Of a stretch of 64,000 bases of DNA, positions 50,687 through 61,400 are shown one piece after another. The first letter of the stretch is position 1. Every line of letters begins with the position of its first letter. A program made the translations under genes and the position numbers. Under the pieces are notes generated by a model. It was not told the DNA's origin. It worked only from the letters and a program-made list of their open reading frames with translations, and made no database searches. Source of the DNA: Chrysemys picta bellii (taxonomy: Eukaryota); NCBI RefSeq assembly GCF_011386835.1, contig NC_088797.1, forward strand, positions 87,606,001 through 87,670,000, read 5' to 3'.

Positions 50687-51348
50687 TAAATAAATTAGGT
50701 CAAACCTTTCTTCACAAAAATCCTGTTAGAGCTCTTGTTTTCCCTCCTTTCCCTGGCTGCACCACACTTCCTTCCCCTGCCAACACATTTGTCTGAAATG
50801 TAAGACCCTGTGAAATGCGAGGCACACAGCACTTGGTATAGTCAGACACAGGCTCCTGAGGGAGAGGGCAAGTGGGACAGCAGGAGCAATGGGGCTGGTA
50901 AGTGAGTGTCCTTTGATCTCAAGCCAAATCCCTAACACACTGCAAGATGCATTCTTTAGTTATCTTTCCTCTCCAGAGGTCATTACTCTCTCTACATACA
51001 AATCTCTCCCAAAAACCCATTTCAGTTGTGACTCAGAGATGCAAACTGATTAAGGCCCCTCTGAATTGGGTGTTTGGAGATTAGACATCATACAAAAATA
51101 TTTCATTGTGTTATTAAAACATTATGGGTGGAATTTTCATAGGAGATCTAAGGGACTTAGACACCCAATTTCTACTGACTTAGGCTCATTTTACATCACA
51201 GCATTTGTAATCTAGCATGGCCAGTTACCTTACAACCTGTCATATGTTGTCGATCACAGTTCCCCAGCCTTTTGATTATGTGTTTGTCTATTATAAGCTC
51301 TTCCTGGTGAAGGACATTCCTCCTTCTGTGCTTGGAGAGCACCTAGCA

Positions 51349-51646
51349 CAGGGGTAGGCAACCTCTGGCACACGTGCCGAAGGTGGCACGCGAGCTGATT
51401 TTCAGTGGCACTCACACTGCCCGGGTCCTGGCCACCGGTCTGGGGGACTCTGCATTTTAATTTAATTTTAAATGAAGCTTCTTAAACATTTTAAAAACCT
51501 TATTTACTTTACATACAACAATAGTTTAGTTATATATTATAGACTTATAGAAAGAGACCTTCTGAAAACATTAAAATGTATTACTGGCATGCGAAACTTT
51601 AAATTAGAGTGAATAAATGAAGAATCGGCACACCACTTCTGACAGG
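51349..51646 (-). mobile_element. Non-autonomous hAT element (same family as 9635-9944), one end truncated
   Basis: Reverse-complement match to 9635-9944 over nearly its whole length. Confidence 0.88.
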
Positions 51647-54600
51647 TACTGTTCTCCTAACCCTAATGCCCTGCTTTTCTGAATTATTTCCTTCTGAAAC
51701 AGATTACAATTCTGATCATCTTTCACGGACACTTGGTGAAGTGCTGTGATAGAGGCCTGAGATTAATTGAAAGCTTGCATTCCTCTGTGTGTGCATGTGC
51801 GCGTGTGCGTGTGTCTGTGTTTTCTATTCAATAAGCTTCATTCACAGAACCAGCTTTCTTATTCCTCTCCAGCCTGGCCCTTTAAGTAACCTGATCCTAG
51901 AGGCTGGAACTCCTCAGCCCCTGAAAAGGGAAGGAAGAGGGATGATTCTGCTGCTGCTTTTTTGGCCACTTTCTTGTCAATTTTCCTTCCTTTCTTTCCC
52001 TTTTCTTTCTGGTACAGAGGGGGGAGTGGCTAGGAGCCGAGAGCGGGTATGTTTCAGGGGACAGAGCTACTCTTCTGAACCCCCAGGCAGATTCAGCAGG
52101 GCAGACTCCAGACTGTTGCCTTTTCTCCACCCAGAAATCAATTTTGCAGGTTTTGTTGATTTCCTTGTTGCAGGCTTTGGCAAATCCAAATGATTTCCAA
52201 ACCTTTTATTTCTTTTGCTGCTGTGGCTGCTGCTGCTGGGGGTTGGAGCAAGGGATTAATGATTTGCTTCTCCTTCAATGTGTAATTCAGGGATAGGGAG
52301 AAGGTCAGGCCTGGTCAGCTGACATTGTGAATCCTGTCAATTCTGGCCACTCTGGAGGGGGGTTATTGTATTTTCCTCCTGCCCCGCTTCCTGCCCTGTC
52401 TTTTCTTTAGCCTTCTCCTCGTTCCCTAGCACTCTGTTTTGCTCACACACAATCCCCACCATGAATTCACAAGCAGCTTCAGGACATATCTGGCTGATTT
52501 TCTTTTTCTTTACCAGCTCAGCAAAAGGTAAGTGACTTTGCACTTCAGCTTCTGAAATAACATGAAATGGGAAAGTATCCTGTGGACCTGAGAAACAGGA
52601 TGCTTGTCACACCTTACACAAAACTCTGTATAATGCCTAGTGCTTACTGGAATTCTAGATCTCAAAATTATAGTCCCACAGTCAAAGAAGGGAAGTAGAA
52701 GGAAAGCTCTGAAAATGCTCAGATTTCTAATCTCTTTATGAAAATTTATTAGCATAGCAAGTAACAACAGCTTGTGCATCTCCAGAATTCAGGGACAGGT
52801 GGCTGGCTATAACTTAGTTTCAGGCTTCGTGATTAGAAGCTTCTCTCTGGATGCCTGGAAATACAGGAATACTGGCCTTTCAAGGTTCAACTTCATGTAA
52901 AAGAGCCACCACCAGTTACCTCTGATACACAGAGAATGGTTTAAAGAATTCAGCTAGATTTACACCTATGTATCCCTGGATCTACTATGGAGTTTTCCTT
53001 TCATGGAGACTTTGGCATCCTTTGGGGAGAGTTTTAAAACCTGTTTTGCTGGTCATTATAAAGGATCAGATGACAGAATTCCAAAACATTTCAGTAACCT
53101 ACTACATTCACAATGAATTGGAAGAATAGTAGGTCCTTTTGAGAATTTCAAACACAATTGTATCTTTAGATAATGGATTGAACGGATTATTCCTCATGGC
53201 AAAAGCAAACACAAAAATCAGAGTCAATCTTTAAGTATATACAAAGTATAAAATACACAAAAAGATTGATCTCAGATAATTCTAGACATACTACGTAAAA
53301 TGAAAAATTAAAGAATACTAAGGCTGAGGTAGAAAAACAAAGACATTCTGAGGCAAGGCCTCTCCAGCAAGTTTATCCTAGCCTGCTGTGGTTAGGTAAA
53401 TGATTAAGTTAGGGACAGGGGGTTATGACTTAGCTGCACTTCTCATCACTGCTACTTTAAAACAGGCAAAACTGTGGATGAAAGGGGGAGTATGTCATCT
53501 CTTCCCTCACCATCAAATATTCTAAGTTGTCCAAGGTAGGATGGAATGAATGGTCATCTCTGTAAGAATTCTTCAAACTTTGCTGAGCATGAACATATCC
53601 ATGGAACTGTGCTATAGGACTAGAATTCAGTCCCTGGAAAGAAACCTCTGGCACCGGCAGCAGTGGACAGGAGTAGGAAATGAAAAAGAGACTGACGTCT
53701 TCTGTTGAGAGCTAATCTCCAAGGTCCCATCTGAGGTCTTGAAGTCCCACGGCAGGGTTCCCGTTTTTATTTACCTTTCAGCAGAATTGTGCAAGCTAAT
53801 CCTTAATGGGCCAATGAATCAACCACTATCAACCCTATCAATCAAAAGATCTCCTGACACTCAAATATTACAGCAATGGGCGTGTTACAAGAACCTACAC
53901 AGAATAACATAGAAAAAAACTGCAGCAAATTAAGAAAGTTTTTACAGGTTTCCACTGGTTGACAATAGCAAATGTTATTGTATTAGGATACCAGCAATCT
54001 GTAATTCAACAGTTTGTAAGGGATTAAGAAATAGAATGAAGGTTCCCAGTAAATTATGAGTGGATGGAGTTTACATACAGCACTACTCAAAGGTGAATGA
54101 TAGGGCTGCTTAGTAACTTTACCCAAGGTCTCAGAGACCACAGCAGAGAGTGGAAGAAGATCCTCATCTGATATAATTTGTCATAGCTCCATTGTTATAA
54201 TTCCATTGACTTCAGTAGAGTTATAACAACTTAAACCAGTTGAGGATTTGCTCCAGGCTGTGTATTCAAACTGGTGGTGAGACACTACAGTGCACATAAT
54301 TAATTTTAATAGGCCCACATTTGGCTGCTAAACTTGCTATGGACCTGTGCTGGGTAATTACATAGACCATTGAACCCTTCCATGCAGTGGTTTTGTTAAC
54401 AAAGGTATCTTACTAAATTTTCATCCTTAGTCCTTGATAAACCCCAGATATATGAGTGATAAGATGGGGAAGGTGGGATCAGGGAATCCATTCATTTATT
54501 TTCTCATTTAAACAAAAACACTTTCCCACAACCCAGGAAAGAAAACCAGTACCACTGGGCAAACAGACTTTTGTGCATTTGCTGGAAATGTATATCCATT

Positions 54601-55325
54601 CCTGAAAAATATAGTGAGAATATTGGTAGTGTAGTAGTGCCCTAATTGTATTGGTTGAAGAGGGGGACTGGGGAATTAAGCATTTTCTAACAAAGACTCA
54701 TTGTATCCACCTATCAGTATTGGTGCAATATTGTCTATTTCAAAAAGCAAAGCAATACAATTCAGAAGTATTTTCATGGGCCCAAGGGGTAAGTCATCAC
54801 TGGCAGAGAAGGGAGCGAACTCCATCAGAGTTTGTGAAATCAATCCCAATTCACCCTTCAATCTGATCATGGAACTGTATCAAGGAGCTTTTGATCAGCC
54901 TTTTACATTCCCTCCCTGCATCCATTAGAGCCAAGGGGAGTTCCCTGCCCCTCTTCCCAGCTGAATCTGTAGAAGCTGGGTTGATCTTCTCACCTGAAAG
55001 TCACCCTGTTCACATCAATTCAGCAGCATCCAAATATACGTTTGAGGCTAGAACATCAGCAGGTGTAAATTGGGGTAGCTTCATTGAAGTTTGGGCTAAT
55101 TTACACTAATTGAGGATCCAGGCCTTGAAATTCAATTTTCTGGGTTAGATACAATACATATTGCTAATTCACTCTCAGTTTTAGAAGTGATTCCATTTAT
55201 TTTTCGGCTCTGTTGTTGATACACTGTAAAATGGAAGACACAGGCAGATAAAGCAAATAGTTTTGTTGATGTAACATAAAAATGTTCTTTCCCCTGCCAG
55301 TCACTGGGTTAGGCTTTAGTGCAAA

Positions 55326-55362
55326 TGACCCAATGCAACTTTTTAAGGTGATATATATATAA
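55326..55362 (+). promoter_or_regulatory. Candidate core promoter of the MTTP-like gene
   Basis: TATATAA at 55356-55362, about 60 bp before ATG 55423. A TGACCC nuclear-receptor half-site and a CCAAT lie at 55326-55334. Confidence 0.4.
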
Positions 55363-55422
55363 TCTTTCAAGCTTTCAGAGTCAGTGGAGTTGGACAGAGA
55401 GAAATCCAAACGACTGTCAGAC

Positions 55423-55483
55423 ATGGAAGTAGTTTCATCCCTAGTGTCACTCCACTGGCTTCATCTGCAAATGTACATTGCCG
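55423..55483 (+). CDS. MTTPL: MTTP-like paralogue, probable exon 1 (MEVVSSLVSLHWLHLQMYIA-G)
   Basis: 61 coding nt, phase 1, the same size and phase as MTTP coding exon 1 (recalled). TATA box upstream, donor G|GTATTA. The peptide is only moderately hydrophobic. Confidence 0.6.
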
Positions 55484-56230
55484 GTATTATCATGGACATT
55501 AGAAATAGAAAAGCCCTTTTAGGTCACTTGGCCAGTGCTGGCCAGCCCTGTTCTGTACATTGTTTCTAATGCTTTATGAAGTCTAATTCTAAATGTCTCC
55601 CTGGATGGCAATTCCACCATTTGGGTGATTATGCCACAGGCTACGAATCTTGAGGTCAGGAAGCATTTCTTAGTATTTAGCCTGATTTTTCTCTTTTTAA
55701 ATTTTAATTCATAGTGCAAGACCCATTACTGGGCTAAAGCTCTCATAATGTCATAAATCACTGGTAGTTTTTGCAGGGTTCCACCTAAAGGCTCTTTGTA
55801 CAAATCACAGTCTTTGAAACATCTACATCTGTGAGGGGTGAGTCTGTTATTGGCACTTAGTGGGGAAAAGCAGAGCAGAGACACAAGCTCTCAGAAAGCT
55901 CAGTCAAATCTAAGGGTGTGGACAAGGTCCTTTCTAATCTTTACTCCTAATTGTACCCCTTTTTTGAAGGGCCCAGGAATAGGAGTTACTAAAGGCAGGA
56001 TAAGTGGAGGTTCTTTCTACCAACCCAGGCCTCAGCAGCAGGACCAGGGAGAGTAAGAAAACATATGTATTTCTCTCAGACAGGTTCTGATCTAAAGCCC
56101 ATTGAGGTCAATGGGATTCTTTTCATTGCCGCTTAACCTATATGCTGAGATAAATTTGAATCCAAGCCATCATGGGTACTGAAGAATGTGAAAGTGTGTG
56201 CGTGGCTTCAATTCTGGTCTCCTTTCATAG

Positions 56231-56412
56231 GGAACTTAGAGACACCATCTTTCCAGCCTGGAATCCTCTATCAATACCGCTACTCACTGGAGGTGCAGCT
56301 AGATTATGTCTCAAGGTTGTCCTTGCAAGGAAGTCGGATGCGGGCTGAAGCTTTGGTTCAGGTGCACCTGCTCTGGAGAAATCCTGCAGGGGAGCAGCTT
56401 CTCCAGATCCAG
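56231..56412 (+). CDS. MTTPL: MTTP-like paralogue exon 2 (LYQYRYSLEVQLD...VHLLWRNPAGEQLLQIQ)
   Basis: Aligns with MTTP LYKLTYSTEVLLD...VALLWRNPDGDDDQLIQI (recalled). 182 nt versus 188 nt; donor CAG|GTATGT. Confidence 0.9.
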
Positions 56413-56806
56413 GTATGTGATGGCTTTGTCCCCTAGTACCTACAAGCCTGAGAATAGCTATTGGTGCTTCTAGTACCAACAGGCTATGAGGATTTCCTTT
56501 TAGTTCAAGTGATGGAGCTACTACTGCTGGATCATCTTGGGCTCCATCAGCAACTGGTTCCTCCCATGTAAGCAGATGAAGTTTTTACTCAGGCATGCTG
56601 ACCTGAGAAACTGGCCAGTGGCTTGTCCTTACCCAAACATTAATAAGCCAGTTTAGGGCCAAAGCGCTTGCCTGAGAGTTTCTTCACTGAATAAACACAT
56701 AGCAATGCTAACTTCAGTTGGTGGGCACAGGAGACATTCAATCCCAACCATCTTCTGTTTCCGACATAAGTGGTGTCTGTGAAGAGTCTATGAGATATGT
56801 TAAAAA

Positions 56807-58153
56807 TAGGGCTGTCAAGCGATTTAAAAAATAATTAACAGCCTGATTAAAAAAATAAATCGCCATAAAAAAATTAATCACATGATTAATCGCACTATTA
56901 AACAATAATAGAATACAATTTATTTAAATATTTTTGGATGTTTTCTATATTTTCAAATATATTGATTTCAGTTACAACACAGAATACAAAGTGTAGAGTG
57001 CTCACTTTATATTTATTTTTATTACAAATATTTGCACTGTAAAAAAACCAAAAGAAATTTTATTTTTCAATTCACCTAATACAATGTAGTGCAATCTCTT
57101 TGTCATGAAAGTTGAACTTACAAATGTAGAATTATGTACACAAATAACTGCACTCAAAAACAAAACAATGTAAAACTTTAGAGTCTACAAGTCCATTCAG
57201 TCCTACTTCTTGTTCAGCCAATCCCTCAGACAAACAAGGTTGTTTATATTTATGGGAGATAATGCTGCCCAATTCTTGTTTACAACGTCACTTGAAAGTG
57301 AGAACAGTTGCTCACATGGCATTGTTGTCGCTGGTGTTGCAAGATATTTACGTGTCAGATGCGCTAAATATTCATATGTCCGTTCATGTTTGAACCACCA
57401 TTCCAGAGGACATCCGTCTATGCTGATGTTGGGTTCTGCTTGACAATGATCAAAAGCAGTGTGGACCAACACATGTTCATTTTCATCATCTGAGTCAAAT
57501 GCCACCAGCAGAAGGTTGGGGTTGTTGTTTTTTTTGGTGGTTCGGGTTCTGTAGTTTCCGCATCAGAGTGTTTCTCCACACCTTGTCCCTCTCGGATTTT
57601 GGACGGCACTTCAGATTCTTAAACCTTGGATCCAGTGCTGTAGCTATCTTTAGAAATCTCACCTTGGTACCTTCTTTGTGTTTTGTCAAATCTGCAGTGA
57701 AAGTGTTCTTGAAACAAACAATATGTACTGAGTCATCATCTGAGACTGCCATAACATGAAATATATGGCAGAATGTGGGTAACACAGAGCAGTTATGTAA
57801 CAAAAAAAAATCTACTGTAAATCGCACTTTCACGATAAAGAGATCGCACTACAATACTTGTATGAGGTGAATTCAAAAATACTATTTCTTTTGTTTATCA
57901 CTTTTACAGTGCAAATATTTGTAATAAAAATAATATCAAGTGAGCACTGTACACTTTGTATTCTGCATTGTAATTGAAATCAATATATTTGAAAATATAG
58001 AAGAACATCCAACAATATTTAGTAATTTTCAATTGGTATTCTATTGTTTAGCAGTGTGATTAAAACTGCGATTGATCATGATTAATTTTTTTAATTGCGA
58101 TTAATTTTTTTGAATTAATCGTGCGAGTTAACTGCAATTAATAGACAGCCCTA
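56807..58153 (-). mobile_element. Internally deleted hAT transposon with a C-terminal transposase remnant, in MTTP-like intron 2
   Basis: TIRs tagggctgtc / gacagcccta, perfect TSD GTTAAAAA. Minus ORF 57203-57505 encodes a hAT dimerization domain (PLEWW...LA.L.RKYLATPAT..PCE.LFS). Confidence 0.95.
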
Positions 58154-58273
58154 GTTAAAAATGAACTCTGTGGCTCCCCTCAAGTCAAATGGCCAGAGGT
58201 GCTGGGAAGTGGGACACACACATGCTCTGTGACCCATACCCTCATACCTTCCATCTGTCTTTTGTGGTTTTAG

Positions 58274-58417
58274 ATCCAAGACCTAAAAGTCTACCATGAT
58301 TCAAAACACAAGAAGATTCAGAATGTTACTGGAGACCCATCCACTGAGGTTGTGCTGGGCAAAGAGGACACCGAAGAGCTTCAGCTGCCAGTTTTCCTCC
58401 ACTGGAAGAATGGGAAG
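58274..58417 (+). CDS. MTTPL: MTTP-like paralogue exon 3 (IQDLKVY...LGKEDTEELQLPVFLHWKNGK)
   Basis: 144 nt, phase 0/0, the same size as MTTP exon 3. Aligns to [21 protein letters not shown] (recalled). Confidence 0.88.
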
Positions 58418-59674
58418 GTGTGTTAATAGTACCCTACCCACAGACACACAAAAAGCACCTCCCATCCCTATTCAAACCCTGAGGAGTCCCTCATTTTCCC
58501 TGCTTTACATTCTTGCCACTCTCAGTATGTGTCAAGCACCACTCCTCTGGCCATGGACCCCAAGATGAACCTCTCCTCAGATGCTATCAGTGCTGCTGTT
58601 TAACTGGCTAGTGGGAGAGACTGTTGAGTAGCAGAAGGCATTCCCTTTCTGGGAATAAGTGCCCTACCCCAGCCTTTCAGTGTCTAAACACCTGCCAGCC
58701 CAGACAGTTAGTCACTTCACTTCATGCACTAATGGAAGGCACTCCAATATTATGGTGAGGAAGGTGCTATGAGCACCTCTATAGAACAGAATAGAGCAAA
58801 TGAAAGAATTTGGAAGTAGATCTCCTGCACAGCTGTGGGACTATAGAGTCAGCCAGTGGGCTCCAGGTGTGATAGTTCTGTTAAAATAGAATAGTCTTGA
58901 GCAGTCTAGGTTAGCAGTGGTGGCTCTAGGTCAAATTTTTAGGTGGGAGAGTGTTGCTTATTACTGCATAGAAGCTGATTACTTAAGAGAACTCTTGAAA
59001 GCTCTCCTACACCCCTCCCTACTCAGACAGTCTCGCCTCTGCTGTGACTTGTAGGTTGTTCAGGGAGGTACCGACACTCTTTCTGAAGTCCTGCTATTGC
59101 TACAAAGCCGCCTGCTCTGTCGTACATTACACAATTGGGTGGTCTACAGGAGCTGCCCCTGCACTGGTCCTACATTTACTGTTCAGTTAACAGCTGTGGA
59201 TGCCTCATAGGATTCGGATGAAGATAAAAGAATGTTATTTCGACTCAGTAGAGCAGTGTTCCAGGTACCCACAGGTGGAACTGCCACTGCTTTAAGGTTT
59301 GCACAAAGTGCAGAGGCCTCACTTTTAAAAAAGACTTTGTGGCCATAAATGTATTGTGAAATTAAGCCCGTGCTAGTCAGGGATATCAGGGTGGTTTTTT
59401 TTAAGCCTTTCAAAGCAGTGTAATCGTCACCTAGTTCTAGTACAGTGTCAACACAATGAATGGAGTCCCATGCCTGAGGTTCTCCCTACTGCCCCCTCAT
59501 CTGAAATTTTTCTCCACCTTGAACTGCAAGATCAGTCTAGAAAACCCTTCTGAGAGCCTGGAGAGAGGGCAATTCTCTCATTATCATGCTATCTCCATGC
59601 CTTCATGCTGAGTTCTTGTCCCTTTCTCAGCAGAGTCTGGGATTCTCTCCCATAAATCAAATTTCTTCTCATAG

Positions 59675-59782
59675 GTAGAAGGCATCTACGGAGATAAAGG
59701 AGGAAGGTCCCAGACCTTGAATCTGAAACAGGGCCTCATCAGTCTCCTCCAATTCCAGCCACATTCTGGGACAGCAACTGAG
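59675..59782 (+). CDS. MTTPL: MTTP-like paralogue exon 4 (VEGIYG...NLKQGLISLLQFQPHSGTATE)
   Basis: 108 nt, as in MTTP exon 4. Aligns to [21 protein letters not shown] (recalled). Donor GAG|GTAGGA. Confidence 0.92.
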
Positions 59783-60275
59783 GTAGGAGCAGAATATAGT
59801 TTTTTGGGTGTTTTTTTTTTCCCAAAGAAAAAGATGCAGGAACTTAGTGCATCAATAAAACCATCCCTGGAGTGAGAGGATGTTTCCCTCTCCAAACGTA
59901 TTCTTCTTTTCTGCAATTGCTAATTAATGCCAGTTACAATAATGTTTTTCATAATTTCTGTCATTATATTCATGCTCTTTTTGAGTCTACTTGCTATAAT
60001 GACTTAAATGTCAAATACCCATTTGGGTGTGCAGTTGCCTGATTTTATACACTCAGTTTGTTGCAGTAACTATGCTAACTGGAATAGGCATGTGGTTTTT
60101 GAGCCTCATTTTCAAAATATGGCCCTTTATCTGGTTCTGTGCAGATTTTCTACATAATCTGTTCAAATTGGATTGAATTATTTTTGTGTATAGTGAACTG
60201 TATTTTATTCTGCCACAAGTTCTACTCACACATTGTCATTTCATGACATGATTTCTTATATTTGTTTGGCTTCAG

Positions 60276-60392
60276 GAAGATGTTTCTGGGAGCTGTCAAG
60301 TCACATATGTTGTTTCCGAGGATTCCATTGTAAAGACAAAAGATCTGCAAAGCTGCACAAGGCCAAAGTTTGGATTCACCTCCGTTAACAAA
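60276..60392 (+). CDS. MTTPL: MTTP-like paralogue exon 5 (EDVSGSCQVTY...KTKDLQSC...GFTSVNK)
   Basis: 117 nt, as in MTTP exon 5. LLTP motif DVSG.C.VTY and two Cys 20 residues apart. Ends at a GC donor (GCAAGT). Confidence 0.92.
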
Positions 60393-61199
60393 GCAAGTCC
60401 ATTCCTACATTGGTGGTGGTGGGTTAGAATGTTCCTGCCCCAGTCACACCCCTTTTAAATGTACTACACTTCTCCAGATCTTACCTTAGGGGCAGTAACT
60501 TCAGGGAGGTCCCAGAGTGAACAGTCTCAGGTGTATTATGATCATTTCATGCTAGGGCTTAAAGAAAGCTTTGAAAAGAAAGAAAAGTTCATTTTTGAAG
60601 CCTCCTTGGGGTCTCTTCTGCCAAAGCTTGGTGGCTACTGAAAAATTAAGGCAGAATCAGATTCAATGATCATTCTGAGCCTCATGCTCAAAAGGAGCAA
60701 AGGAGACTGAATATCCAGAAATATTTGCTAATAGTGAAATCAATTGGATTGTGGAAGTGGAAGAGTGTGACAAGGGAAATGGCAGAAGCCCCAATGGCTG
60801 GTTTCAGGCATTCCGACCTGGTAAAATTAGGTACAATTCTAATGATGCTAGTGGCCTTACATCTGCCTATGCCAAGAGTGATTTGACTCATATCTTAGAT
60901 TTCACTGAAAGCACTAGAGAATAAACTATAGGGAACGAACCTGCACTATAGGTGACCTAATAGGAATATTTATATAAAAAAGCCATTTAAATGTAAACAT
61001 GGCACATTTCCCACAGAAAATAATGGAATTTCTACCAGGACCAAATTCATGAGGACACAGGTTTGTCCAGGGTGGATGTGTGTGTGAGGATAAGGTTGAA
61101 GGCAGTGGTAGAACTTTAGGACTCAGTCTAATAATTCCCATTGAGTTAATGGAAGTCCTGATCAGGATCAGGACAATAGTGCCTTCACTGGGCTGAGAC

Positions 61200-61400
61200 A
61201 CAACATGGTCAAGTGAACTGAGTGCTTAACTAGAACTCAGGAGACCTGAATTCCATTCCTGACTCTCCCACAGGCCTGTAGTATGACCTCTCTGAACCTC
61301 AGTTTTCCCATCTGTAAAACAAAGCTAATGATACTGACCCACCATTGTAAAGTGCTTTGAAATCCACAGATGTAAAGCACTATATAAGAGCTGTGTGTTA
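61200..61400 (+). mobile_element. MIR-like SINE
   Basis: ctctctgaacctcagttttcccatctgtaaaac core and a gtaaagtgctttga tail. Confidence 0.65.

Noticed and set aside
57203-57833. ZBED-like host gene
   Set aside because: It is fragmentary and frameshifted, and is enclosed by TIRs and an 8-bp TSD.
55423-60392. Calling this the orthologous MTTP gene
   Set aside because: Identity to recalled human MTTP is low (about 40% in the best exons) and the neighbour is TBATA rather than TRMT10A/C4orf17. A paralogue fits better, pending phylogeny.
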